A DNA stretch of 64,000 bases from Camelus ferus (lineage: Eukaryota). Below are positions 1-12,040 of this stretch, piece by piece; position 1 is the first letter of the stretch; the number at the start of each line of letters is the position of its first letter. The stretch is from assembly GCF_009834535.1 (NCBI RefSeq), contig NC_045697.1, positions 3,286,001-3,350,000 on the forward strand, in the 5' to 3' direction. The notes under the pieces are model-generated. The model did no database searches and was not told where the DNA came from. It was given only the letters and a program-made list of their open reading frames with translations. A program made the translations under genes and the position numbers.

Positions 1-3000
1 TTAGGTATTTAAACAGGGTGAGGGTCTCATCTCACTTAAGGGACATCTTTAAGGGACAACTCCCGGGTCCTCAGCAGCCTGAGCCGCATCCCCTGCTGTC
101 TAGAAACCACATTGCTGTGTGCTCAACCCTCCCTCCCCTCCCCTCCTCACCAGCCCCCGAGAGGAATGTACTGTCATTATTCCCATCTTATGGACGAGAA
201 GACTGAGTCAAGAGACCCCCCTTGGGATGGCACTGCCTTGGCCCACCTCCAGGGGGAGCCAGCTTCAGGCCGCCTGGCTGGTTACTGAGAGGCTGCTGAA
301 GCTTTGCCCAGGAAGCTTGCTCCAGCCCCAGCGTGGAGCACAGCCCCTGCCTGGGGCACAGGCCCTGCGGGGAGGTCTCTGTGTTGCTGTGTTCCCAGCT
401 GGAGCTGAGAAGAGGCTGGTTTGGTTGATCGCACTCATCCTTTTATGAAACCTAACAGCTCAGATGGTACTTCGAGAAATATCTGTCACCTGGCTCACTG
501 TGAATTTTACGAAAGAGATCCGAGGGGAGCCTATTTCTTTCTTTACAATTAATAAGGAAAAACTGGGCCAGGCTGTGCCGACTGAGCGAGGAGTCCTGCG
601 CCTTTCAAAGAGCCCACACCCCTCCAGTGGGTGCAGCCTGGGGAGGGCCTGGGAGCTCCCCAGACCCGCTTGGGGCCTGGGGGACCCTCACCCTCTGAGG
701 CTGCACTGGTGGGGACTGGAGAACTGGCAAGTGTGAGACATGCTGAGGGAAGCATCTCGGAAGGCCACTGTGGGCAGCTTGGATGTGACCTTTGGGCAGA
801 TTTGGATACAGAATCATCTGGGAAAATGCTGTCAGGAAACAGGACAGTAGGAGAGAGAGACAGAGACACAGGGTCAGGAGGGAGGGAGAGATGAGGGGAG
901 AGAGAGACAGACAGACAGAGAGAGGGAAGGAATTTGAGAGTGGTTTGGAGATGCAGTGTGGTGAATTAGAGGCCTTTAGGAACAGTTCTGATGGTTTAGG
1001 AAAAAGAACTTAAAAGGTTATGCAGCACTTGGCTCTGAATTCTGCCTTAGTGTCCCAGGGCTCAAATGCTGCTGGCGGGAGGTGAAAATCGGGCCGGGAC
1101 AAAGGGCTTGATGTTCTGCAGCTCCTAGGTCAATGCCCCGGGGTAGAAAGTGTGCCCATTTCTCGGCTGGGGAAGCTGAGGCCCCCCACCCAGCTCACTT
1201 GTTCAACCTCTGCAAAGCCAGCAAAGGCCAGCCATCGCCTCTGGTATTTCCCACTCCTCCCTTCTGCTCTGTGGAGTCTGGTCCTGGGAAACTGGTCGAC
1301 CAGCAGAGGGTCCAGGCTGAGCCTGGAGGCCACACTGCAGAGAGCCCGAGGCTGGAATCTTCCTCTCCTACCTCTCCTCCCAGCCCGAAGACCCCCAGAG
1401 CATGACGGAAGAGTAAACACGTGACGTCCTGAAGGGCTGAACACATCCCAGGGCCTGGGAGGAGAGGAATTCGGTGTCCAGGGAGAACCACAGGCAGGGC
1501 GTTTGGAGAATTCCAAGTGTGATGATTCCTCACCAAGGTTTTGACGGCGAGCTTCCCAGGGTCCCCGCCCCAGCTCTGCCTCTCCGGGGCCACGCAGAGC
1601 TGATGTGAGGGGGCCCCTTTCCCACCACTCCCTCGGTGCGGAATTATTGAAATGTGAGCACTTCTGGGGCGGGGGACAGATAAATCCTTCCCTGGAGACT
1701 ATTGTGAGAATAAAATGAGATAACGTAAAAATTGAATCCATAACACGCAGTTGATGCTCCGTAAAACTTCCTCTCGGCCCTCGTTGCGGGAGGCCCGGGG
1801 AGGATGCAGGGAGGAGGCCAGAGGTCCCGGTCCTGGTGGCAGGGGAGGCCCCCTGGAGGGTCACCGAAGCCAAACTCCAGTCTGGCAGGAACTCAGACGT
1901 GCCTGAGCTCTTGTCTCAAACGCCCCGGGAGAGAGAGGGCTCCGTGCTCTCTGTTTGCACACAGCTCTGCTCCGTCTGCTGTTCCCAGAGGCCTGCGTGG
2001 TGGGCACACAGGCAGCTGCGGTCGCTGATCACTCAGTGATGGGCTTTCCAGGGCTGTGCTCCCAGCCCTGCCCCAGGCGCCCAGGGGAACCAGGGGCAGC
2101 ATTCATCCGGGACCCGCAGGAGCCCCGGGGCAGAGGCAGGCCTAGGGGGGGCTGTCCACCCTGAGCAGTTTCTCTCCAGCTTAAGCCTAAGACTGGGGGC
2201 CAGGCACCCCTGGGGGCTTATCCAAGCGGGCCTCTTTGGGGCATTCAGAAGGGTGAGCACCTAGCTCTTCCCAGGTGATGGGGGAGTTGGTGGGGGCTTG
2301 GGCACGAAGGCCATTGTGAGCTGGAAGGTCAGACAGGAGATGCCAACTGGGACTAACCCTGGCAATGAATCCGGCCACCACTGGGCACAGGGCCCCTCCA
2401 GGCCGCGCAGGCAGGGTAGGGGTCGCAGCGCCTGGCCACTCCGCTGGGAGTGGGTGGAACCCCTCTAGGAAGGGCCCAGCCAGAGGTAGAACTAGGTCCA
2501 AAACCCCAGAGGGACAAGTGTCAGCTCCTTCTCGACCCACAGCTCATCCCTGGGCCTGGGTTTCCCTCGTCCAGGCCCAGTTCAAGGTCAGCTGTTCTGA
2601 GATACCTTGATGACCACCCGCCCCACCCGCTGGCCCTGTGGTGGCAGCAACTTCCCCGTTAGGGAAACAGTGCTGCTCTTTGCTACATTTGACCTGTCTG
2701 CCCCCTGGGCCACCAGCCCTGTGGGTCCTCGGGGTCCCTGGTGCCCAGAACAGAGGGCGGCACGCTGCAGGCCAGGCTGGAAGGATGGGAGAAGGGCTGG
2801 CCTCACGGCCTCGGCTGTGGTGCGGAGCCGGGAGGACTCAGTCAGCGGGTGGAGGCCCACCTCCCTTCCACCCTGGACCAGCTGTCCTGGCCCTCCTGGG
2901 CTGGGGACTCAGACCCAGGCCAGCCCTCAGGAAGCGTCCTCAAAGTCTGCTCAAAGGAAAGAGGGGAAGTAACTTGGAAGGCCGGCTCAAGACAGAGGTG

Positions 3001-3084
3001 TCCAAAGCACCAGGGTCCGCTCCCAGCATCAGGGGGCCCTGGGTCTTCCTTGGGCAGTGACAAGGGGGAGAGTCCCTGGGGCAT

Positions 3085-3503
3085 TGTGGGGCTTCCTGGG
3101 GCTGCCATAACTAATTTCCACAAACAGTTGCTTCAAACAACAGACACGTCTTAGTTCTGGAGCCAGAAATCTGAGATTTAGGTATTCACGGAGCGGGCTT
3201 CCTCTGGAGGCCACAGGGGAGGCTCCTTTCTGCTTCCTCCAGCTGCTGGGCCCCAGGGGCTCCTGGGCTTGTGCCCGCATCACCCCAGCCTCTGCCTCTG
3301 TCTTCACACAACGTTCTCCCTGCTTGGCTGGTTCCTCTCCTCTTCGTATAAGACACGAGTCACTGGATTTAGGGCCACCCTACTCCTGTGTGACCGACCT
3401 CATCACAGCTAATCACATCCACAAAGGCCCTATTTCCAACTATGGTCACATCCAGAGGCTCTGGGTGGATGCGAACTTTGGGGGACACTGTCCTCCCCAG
3501 TTC
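3085..3503 (-). mobile_element. MLT1 (ERVL-MaLR) solo LTR
   Basis: gggctgccataac...ttaaacaacag...cagttctggag.ccagaa.tctgagat; cactggatttagggcc.accct; ggggacac terminus. Confidence 0.8.
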
Positions 3504-3928
3504 AAGCATCATCAGTAAAAAGCAAGCAGGGTGCACGGGGCCCGCTCTTCCGCACCAGGTGCAGCAGGCGCCACGGCATGGGCGTGGCTGGTAGAAACGC
3601 AGAGGTCAGCTCTGCCTGGACACGTGCCCAGGAGGGCCGATCGCCCAGGAGAGGACTTCCACAGGCAGACTCTCATTTCCAGTTTCTGGGTGAGCACCTT
3701 TTCTCCCCAACCAGGCCCCAGAGCACGGTCAAGCCCTGTGTGCCTCCTTCAGTCCCTGCCTGCTCAGGCTCTGCTCCTGGCCTTGGGATGCCCCATCCTC
3801 CAAACAGGGATGGCCTTTGATCTGGGCCAGGGTCATGGGGCTGGACTCACAGCCTGGATCTGCCCTGCACTGGCCCATTTGGGTCTCAGGTCCTGTCTGT
3901 GCAGCGTGCACACAAGTCCTTCACAGGT

Positions 3929-4102
3929 NNNNNNNNNNNNNNNNNNNNNNNNNNNNNNNNNNNNNNNNNNNNNNNNNNNNNNNNNNNNNNNNNNNNNNNN
4001 NNNNNNNNNNNNNNNNNNNNNNNNNNNNNNNNNNNNNNNNNNNNNNNNNNNNNNNNNNNNNNNNNNNNNNNNNNNNNNNNNNNNNNNNNNNNNNNNNNNN
4101 NN
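3929..4102. other. Assembly gap (174 N) adjoining a (CAC/CAT)n repeat
   Basis: Run of N; right flank tcaccaccttcatcaccaccatcagcaccaccttcatcatc. Confidence 0.99.
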
Positions 4103-4466
4103 TCACCACCTTCATCACCACCATCAGCACCACCTTCATCATCTCAAAAGGTTGGATGGGCAGTGATCCAGAGCCAACCCTTGACTCTTGGTCCCACCCC
4201 TCATCAGGTAATAGTGGGCAGGTGACCAATGTCCCTGAATAGGGACAGAACAGCAACCTGCAAGTGGCTGAAGGTGAGAGGAAACAGTGGACAGTAAGAG
4301 ATAAGGAAGCAGGTGTGAAGATGGAGGTGAGAGTGAGGAGGATGGGGAGGGAGGCCGTGGGTCAGTGTTGAACCTGCCTAGAGCAGTAAGGCCCGAGATG
4401 GCCCTCCACCATGGCCCGCCTGGGGTTCGGCTCTGACCTGCCTGCCCACCGCCCGTGGGCACTCAC

Positions 4467-4574
4467 GTCATGACCAGTGTCTCGTCTCCCGGCTCACTCA
4501 GCAACCCGTCCACAAACACGGAGGTGCTGGTGAAGTTGTGCGTGCTCCAGGTGAGGCCCTCGTCCACGCTGAAC
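4467..4574 (-). CDS. SORCS2: SORCS2 exon 14 (108 nt): (K)FSVDEGLTWSTHNFTSTSVFVDGLLSEPGDETLVM(T)
   Basis: Acceptor ctcctggcag|G, donor AC|gtgagt; Asp-box SVDEGLTW. Confidence 0.96.
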
Positions 4575-5514
4575 CTGCCAGGAGAAGGGGAGTCACCACC
4601 TCTGGGCAGGTGGGAACACATCCTGTGTCCAGGACCCACTGCCCCGCCGGACCCAGCCCTGCCCTTGCCCAGGGACCAGAGCTGTCCAGCTGAAGTATCT
4701 GGGGGAACAGGTGGGAGCAGTGGCTGACCCCAGGCCCAGTCCAGTGTCTCAGCCACAACTGGATCCCTGACCTCACTCTCTCCTGGGAGGTCACAGCGGC
4801 CACCTGCTGGCACCAGGTGGCATCCACATCTGCTTAGTGACACCACAGTCAAGGAGTCCTGGGAGCCAAAGAGCTGCTTTATACCCTCTGGATCGTAGAG
4901 TTACTGGGCTTTGGAAACACCCAGGTCAGCCCCACCCAATGCCCAAGCCAGCCCGGGGGCTGCCTCCCTGTGCGGCACACCACAATGTCACCAGCTTGCC
5001 GTGCAGAAAGATCTTTTTCAGACTAAAGTGATATTGCCTTCCTAGCAGCTTCCCCAACTCTGCTTTTGGAGTCCAGAGCTCACACCTGCTCTCTCTTCTC
5101 CACAACAGCCCTTCAGATGTCTGAAGCGATGCCAAACCCACTCTCCCTTGGGCACATGCTGCTGGCTTCCTTGTCTGACCCCACCTCCTCACACTTAACT
5201 GATTCCTGTCTTGTAAAAGTCACCTCCTCATGGGAAGCCCCCCTGCTCCCCCAGGGCGGCCTCTCTCTGGCCCACCTGACCATGCTGTCATCATCCCCTG
5301 TTTCCTGGTCTCCCCAGGCCAGGCCGGGAGCAGCCTTTGTTGGGGGTGGACTTTACAGAGCCTGCTGCTACCCACCTCCCTGATGGGGCTTAGTGCCATG
5401 GTCCTGGGGCCCCGGGGGCAGCCATTCTGGGGAAAGTTCTGAAGGGTTCCCAGTGGAGAGAAAGAGCCCCGCCCACTGCCCACGCCCACCCAGCGCAGGG
5501 CCCGAGGACCTTAC

Positions 5515-5606
5515 TTCAGGATCTTCAAGGGGATGGAGGTGTCTTTGATGGCCACGATCACGCCACCGTGGTCCAGGTAGAGGATGTGGTGCTCTTCCTC
5601 GAACAC
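5515..5606 (-). CDS. SORCS2: SORCS2 exon 13 (92 nt): VFEEEHHILYLDHGGVIVAIKDTSIPLKIL(K)
   Basis: Acceptor ctctgcag|GTG, donor AA|gtaagg. Confidence 0.95.
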
Positions 5607-7377
5607 CTGCAGAGGAGAGCGGGCGGCCTTCTGACGGCAGGACCCTGACGAGGGTCAGAGGTCGCTCAGGGTCGGGGTCACTCGCCAGGGGCAGAATTGC
5701 CCACACACTGGCTGGGGGACCGCAGGAGGCCAGCTCCCTGTGGCAGGGCTGGTGTGAGGGCTCCCCGTGCTCTCCCGCCCCATCCAGACTCAGTGCACAT
5801 GGGGTGAATGGATGATGATGGCAATTTCTGGACCATTGGCGAGAGAGAAAATTGCAAATAAACACTGTGGGGGTCCTGCCTGTAGGAAAAACTCACACAC
5901 CAAAAAGGCCAATAGCGTGAGGATGAGAAAGCAGTAGTGGAATTTAGAAAAGCCTTTAGGATAAGCATCACCAGAAAGGCAAATCTCTATTTGACATTGA
6001 CACAGTTCATGTGTCACCTCCTTCAGGAAGCCCTCCTGGATGCCATGCTGGGTGGGGAGCATCTCTGGGCCCCCTGCCCCAGCACTTGCTGCACTAATCT
6101 GTCATTGTCTCCTCCAGCCAGGGAGCCCCTCAAAAGCTGGGCCTGCCTCTGAGTCCTCTTTGTGGCCCAGCACCTGGCTCAGCTCACAGCTGGGGTGCCT
6201 GTGCTCAGGGAGTGTGTGTGGGATGAATGAATGAATGAGTGAGTGAATAAATGAATCTCTGCCAAGTCCTCGGGGGACAAAAGTTGAGCGGCCCAGCCTG
6301 GTGGTCTTTCTTGTCTGCAAACAGCCCTGGGCTGGGGTCCCATTTTATAGACGAGGAGGCTGAGGCTTGGAGCAGCTGGCGAGTCAAGGTCTCCCAGCTG
6401 GCAGGTGGCAGAGCTGGGTTTGGCTCTCCAGTCAGGACACAGGGGACCCCCTAGATCTTCCATGAGCACAAATACCTAGCTGGCAAGCATGTGTCTTGAC
6501 CCCACCTGGGGAGGGGCACCTTGTCACTTCGCCCTGCAGCTCCCTTACAGGAAGTGGCCCCACCACTGCCCACCACAAGTCCACTTCCCACCCCGTCCAG
6601 CCGTCTCAGGGCCTGCAGGTTTGGTGGCAGGGATGCAGGGAACCTCAGGAGTCAGGGCAGAGCTGGGACCCGGCCCAGCCAGCCCCTCGCCAGGGCCAGC
6701 ATGCTCATCGGTCAGCCGCCCGGGGTCTCGTTCAGAAGTCTCTAACTGGCATCTTCTCCCTGTTCTTCATGTTGAGTCTTTTTTATTTGAATGTCTGGAG
6801 CCAGCGGGAGGCTACCCGGGGAGGACCCAGAGCAGAGGCTCCACATCTTGGGAATATGAAACTTCGGCAGAGCCTGTGGGTGTCCCCAGGCCAAGCCCTC
6901 GGCCCCAACATCCCATCACCCCTACTGCCTCTCAACCCCACCAGAACCTTCCAACAGCCCCATGGCCCTTAGAATCACACCCAAAGCTTTCCACGGCCTT
7001 CGGGGCTCTAGGAGATGCCCCTGCCCACCTCTCTCCCACCCCACCCCTGTACCCCAGCCACCCTGGTCTCCTTTCCCCGAACACGCCTCAGGCCCTTTGC
7101 ACATGCTGTCCCCTGGCTGCAAAGCTCTTCCCCAGATACTTCCACCTTCTGATCATCTTGCTGGCTTTCCCACTGCCCACAGAAATTCTCTAGGACACAC
7201 TTCTGACTTGACTAAGGAGGAGGGGCTCCTCTTGAAAAATGGCAGAAGTCTGGCCATCTGTGAGCCATGCCCTTAAACGTGTCTGCGAGGTGGGGAGAGG
7301 AGAAGGAGGGGAGGGGGTGGCTGGCTGGCACGGGGGCCTCTACTGCACATACACAGTCTTGTTTAATGGCAACCATG

Positions 7378-7500
7378 CTCGGAGGTTATTTCCCCACTTT
7401 CCAAAGAGAGACCAGAGGCTCAGAGATGCACAGTGACTTGCCCAAGGCCACATAGCTGATAGTTGGCAGAGCCCAGGTTGACCCCAGGTCTGTGACTCGA
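7378..7500 (-). mobile_element. MIR SINE fragment
   Basis: ccccactttcca...gaggctcagaga...agtgacttgcccaaggccacatagct core. Confidence 0.7.
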
Positions 7501-9096
7501 CTCCCTGCTGTTTCCACCATGACCCTCAGCCTGTGGGCTCCTGAGCAGGACATGTTCAGTGGGAGGAGGAGCTGTGTCTCATGTCATGAGGTCTCAGGCT
7601 GGAGTTGGGGTTCAGAGCACTAACTTGGGTGCTTCCCAGATCCCCTGCCAGCACTCACTCCCACAAGATTCCATGGGCACATCTGCAGGGAGTCAGAGGA
7701 GGCGGTGTGCCTGTGTCCTCTGTCCTAGGCGCTGGAAGGTACTCCAGATAAGTGTGCTGTCTGAGGCTACATTAACAGAGATAGCGTTTCCTGGATGAGG
7801 GAGGTGACATCATGCAGAATTAGGGTAAAGTGAGGAAGAACTTTTCACAATTCTCCCCATCTGTCCACCCGTCAAATAGACCCAGTGTTTCAGGTCCTCT
7901 GTTTGGGTCCCGGGTGATGGAAACCACGCTGGGTCCTGCCGTGTGGTACCAGAGACACAAAACACGCAGCAGGCAAGCTTGTCTCTGCCTTTGAACGTGC
8001 AGAAGCCTCTGCCTGCCCAGTGGGGGCCCTCTTTCCCACTCCACTGGGGCCCAACCCGCTTCTTTCCGCGGGAGATCGGCAGGTGCTGTGCAGTGAGAGG
8101 AAAGCCGAAGTGGGTTCTTGAAGCCTGATTGTTCCCAAGCAGGATTTACTTCTGGGAACTCGCTGGGCATGGTCTCGAGTATGTGCACAACCCCCTCCTG
8201 CCCTCAGATCCTGGGGTCCCTGGCACCCTCCTCCCTTAAGGACAGACAGCAGTCATTTGTACCAACCACCCACTGGGAAGACGAGGTGCCCCTCAGAGGT
8301 CCCAGGGCACCCCCACAGACAATTCCACTCTCATTAGCTTGGGACTCTGGAGAAAGGGGGCTCCAGCCCCCAGAAGCGGTCACAGGGCATTTGCACGTTC
8401 ACTGCTATGGCTTTCTGCGCCTCGGCCAGTCCCCAGGCAGCAGGGCCAAGGGGACAGGAGGTCCCCCAACCTCCCCCCATCTCCTACCTCCTCCACCTCT
8501 GAGTTCTAGAGGGAGCTCCTTGATAGTCTTCTGGCTTTTTTTTTTTTTTTTTGATCATCCCAAGGAAGTCATGTCTTTAAAATGCTATACCCCTTAAGCA
8601 GCATACACACTGTCACTCATAATTCACATTCTGAGAGTTCGCCTCTCAAACATGTCTCACTGCATCCTTGACAAGCCGGCCTGAGCTTACCAGCTCATCT
8701 GGTCTTTGTGCCTTTGTCCCACCCCGGCCTCTGCCTCCTGCCCCCAAGTAAACTCCAAAACCCAGCTGGAGCACCTCTCCCTCCATGGACACACACGCCC
8801 ACACGTGGGTGCCCCTCCTCTCCTCCACCAGGCACCCAAGCCCCAGCCCCCTACTCACCCCCATCTCTGCGGAAGGGCTGAGCAACACAGAGCAGCCCTG
8901 AACAGATGTTCTCCCATTTAATTCTGACAAGTCCCCAAGTCTGAAGTCTAGGCAGATTGCTGGACAAAAGTGGTCACTGTGAGTACCTTACAGGTAGTTT
9001 CTACCAAACTACATCTCTTCTGTTTCACTCAGTCTATTAAATCTAATAAGGGAGGGTGATTTCTCTAAAAAATGGGCAGGTGGTGACCTTTAAGAA

Positions 9097-9300
9097 AGTT
9101 TAGACATGTTTCACTAGTTTCAGTGAAACAGAAATATTATAACCCAATAAATCTCTTTTGCCCTTTTCAAAATTCCTTGTTTCTTGCATATTATTAAAAA
9201 ACGCCAGGGCTTTAAACCAAGGGTGCTGGCAAGCTTTGCGCTTTGGGGATTCACATATTTGCCCAGTACCTGGGAGGGGGGCTGTGAGTGGGGCACTCAG
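9097..9300 (+). repeat. Dispersed direct repeat, copy A (copy B at 16444..16649)
   Basis: Hand alignment: 8 differences in the ~145-bp core 9097-9241 versus 16444-16589, then a more diverged ~60-bp tail. Confidence 0.92.
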
Positions 9301-10233
9301 GTGTGCAGAACATTGACCTAAAAATGGAGCTTCTTACAACCAGGGGAAGGGGAGACACACACAAAAATTTAGCACATTTTCTTAAGTGTTTAAGTAGAAA
9401 CTGCCACTCTAGGAAGTTGGCCTGGGGCAGAGCACTTGGGTCCGGCTCCTGGGCCGCCTGGATGGCACAGGGCGCGCTGGACCGTCGGTCTCCCCTCCCA
9501 CGGCCGCCCTGTCCTGCGGGACGCCCACCGCCAGCGGCACCGGCCCCCCCCCCCCCCCCGTCCAAGAATCTGAGCTGCCTGTGGCGGCCGCATGGAGGGG
9601 CCGTGTCCTGCGTAACTGCTTTCTCCTGTCTTCCCCCATCCTGCTTTTCTTTTCTCGGGTCACACAGAACATCAAATCATCACCCCTTGGACATCTCCCA
9701 GGAGTCCCAGCCCAGACTCACAGCGGCCCCCCCCCAATCCCCGAAACTGGCCCTTCCCCTGTGTTCTTTCCCTCCCATGCCTCTGCCGTCCACCCAGCAG
9801 CTGCCCCCGCTGGAAACCTGGGGGCTGTCCACGGCCCCCACTTCCCAGCCTCCGGGCTCAGGGCTCAGCCAGGCATCCGAGTCCCCGCGTGGCTTCCTGC
9901 CGGGACAGCACCGCCACCCCGTCCCTGGCACGTGTTCCCTTTGCTCTGACGTTCTCGGTAACCTGTCTGACTGTGTGAAGATGCGTCAGGTCTGGAATTC
10001 TCCAGGGGCAGACGCTCCCAGAGCGGCAAGGTGGTCTGGCCAGCCTGGCCCGGGCTTTCTATTCACAGTCAGCGATGTCATAGCTGCTGAAGGGAGCTGC
10101 GTCCTGCCCCTCAGGCTGGGGACGAGGAAGAAGTGTGTCTTTAGCGGGGAGGAGGTGAGAGAACAGAGGAGCCTCCCGGGAGTGCCGCGGGGTGAGCGTG
10201 GGGAGAGCGCCAGGCCCCTCCCCGCCCCCTTAC

Positions 10234-10310
10234 CTGCCGCCAGGTGTGCCCACAGTCCGACGTGATGTACATCTCCTCTTTATATTCCACCAGCTGGGAG
10301 CCTAGGTTCC
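10234..10310 (-). CDS. SORCS2: SORCS2 exon 12 (77 nt): (G)NLGSQLVEYKEEMYITSDCGHTWRQ
   Basis: Acceptor ttccggaccag|GG, donor CAG|gtaagg; Asp-box TSDCGHTW. Confidence 0.95.
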
Positions 10311-10628
10311 CTGGTCCGGAAGAAGAGAGGCAAGGCTGCTCTTAGGCTCAGCCGGCAATCCCCGCTACCAAGGTCTGAGCGCAGACAAATCCCCACACAA
10401 GGGCCGGTGTGTCCTGGGTCTACGTCTCCCACCACCAAAGCCACCCAGCGACTGGCCCCTTCTGCCCGCCTTTTCTAAGATGGGCCTGCTGTGATGGGTC
10501 CTAGTGAAGGATTAACCTTGCCCCTAGAAAGCCAGCCTCTGACAGCTTGGCGGAGCCCAGGTGCAGACAGAGCTTGGGGGCTTCAGGGGCCTCTCGGGTG
10601 ATGAGTGTCGTTCAGGAGTAAGAAGTGT

Positions 10629-10732
10629 GGTGTGAACGGACTATACCTCAAAAAATAATTAAAAAAATTGAAGCCAGTTAAAAAAAAAAAAGAAAAAAAA
10701 GGAAAACAAAGGAAAAAAAGAAAAAAAAAGAA
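10629..10732 (+). mobile_element. Extremely 5'-truncated L1 3' end with long poly(A) tail
   Basis: gactatacctcaaaaaataattaaaaaa terminus followed by an A-rich tail; candidate TSD aagtgt at 10623-10628 and 10733-10738. Confidence 0.6.
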
Positions 10733-11619
10733 AAGTGTCATGAGGTGGTTGGGGACAGGCTACAGGCTAGGAGGACCCCGGCCAGGTGGGCCAGCGCAGG
10801 GTCACAGCAGCCCCTGATGAGCTGTCAACGGGGGCAGGACAGGGCTGGGCTCACATCTGGAGGTAGCCCCCTGGTGGCCGGGTGCAGGGGGGCCAGAGGC
10901 AGGTCCAGGTGAGAGGCAGGGTAAGCACACAGTAGGTGCTCACTAAATATCTGTTGAGGGGATGTTTGGGAGGACGGCGAGGTGGGCAGTCAGGAGGCTT
11001 CTCCTTGGTCCTGGTTCACTGGAGACTGCATGGGGCCAGCAGGTGGGTCACCAGCCTTGAAGACCACTCTGTGGGGCTGGGACTTAATTCCAGGGTGATT
11101 CCAGAGTGAGAACCCCCACTCAGTACCCAAGGCAACCCAGCTTGCAGGTGAGGAGACTGAGCCCACAAGGACTTCCACAGAAAGAACGCCCGCCACCCTG
11201 AAGACGCAGCTGCAGGACGGCTCAGGCCCCCTCAACAGCCTCCCGGGCCGGATCTCGGACAACAGGGTTCTCTGACTGGGTCCGATTTGGCAGCTTCCGC
11301 TGTGACTGCGGGACAATGGCAGGGACCAGGGGCCTGAGCTGCCAGGATGAAGGGGACCTGCTATGACATGGAAGCCATTCTGGACCCTCTCCTGGAGCCC
11401 CAGAGGCCCCTGATCTGGGCAGCGTCTCCATCACTTGCCCTTTGAAGCCTTATTCATGTGGTACTCTCAGGAGTATCTCATGAAGAGCCAGTTTAGATGT
11501 CTTTGGAAAATCCCAACGGAGATGGATTAACCTCAAACAGATGAGGCAAAGGGAGTTCAAGCAGAGTGGCAGAGGGTCTGTGTGCCTGCTTGCTGTTTTT
11601 GAGGTCCAACCAACCACCA

Positions 11620-11725
11620 AATCATTTATCCATCCATCCATCCATCCATCATCCATCCTCCATTAATTTATCCATCCATCCATCATCCATCCTCCATCAT
11701 CCATTCATCACCCCTCCATCCACAC
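11620..11725. repeat. (CCAT)n simple repeat
   Basis: Directly visible; similar tracts at about 15470-15665 and 54700-54805. Confidence 0.85.
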
Positions 11726-11754
11726 ATTTGTCTCTTCCTCATCAGTGCCACCCT

Positions 11755-12040
11755 CACCCACTCCTGCATTTATTCATCAGCATTTGCTGAGCGCCTGCTC
11801 TCTGCCCAGCCTTGTGCTAAGTTGTGGGGAGTCTGAGCTGAGTGACCATGGTGCCTGCTCCCAGGGAGCTCTTGGTCCAGCTGGAGAAGGAGAAGGGTGC
11901 CCTGCAATTGTGCACAGAGCCAGGATGCCCGAGGACCTGTGAGAGCAGGTGAGCTTGATGCCCCGGGGAGGAGGGGAATCGAGGAGAGATTCCTGCAGGA
12001 AGTGACCTCCACACTGTGCCTTGAAAGACAAACGCCACTG
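11755..12040 (+). mobile_element. L2 LINE fragment
   Basis: catttattcatcagcatttgctgagcgcctgctctctgcccagccttgtgctaag...cctgcaggaagtgacc. Similar L2 relics near 35140-35480, 40640-41110, 54790-54960 and 60990-61250. Confidence 0.6.

Noticed and set aside
3531-4256. ORFs spanning the N run
   Set aside because: Artefacts of translating the assembly gap.
1-4466. Search for SORCS2 exon 15 (VFGHISFRSDWELVKVDF)
   Set aside because: Not found in the resolved sequence; probably lies beyond the window start.
9288-10265. 325-aa plus-strand ORF, and similar 150-250 aa ORFs (e.g. 6489..7193, 1130..1873, 12624..13250, 61681..62283)
   Set aside because: Low-complexity P/G/S/R/A-rich translations typical of GC-rich introns, overlapping repeats or antisense to real exons, with no recognisable domain.
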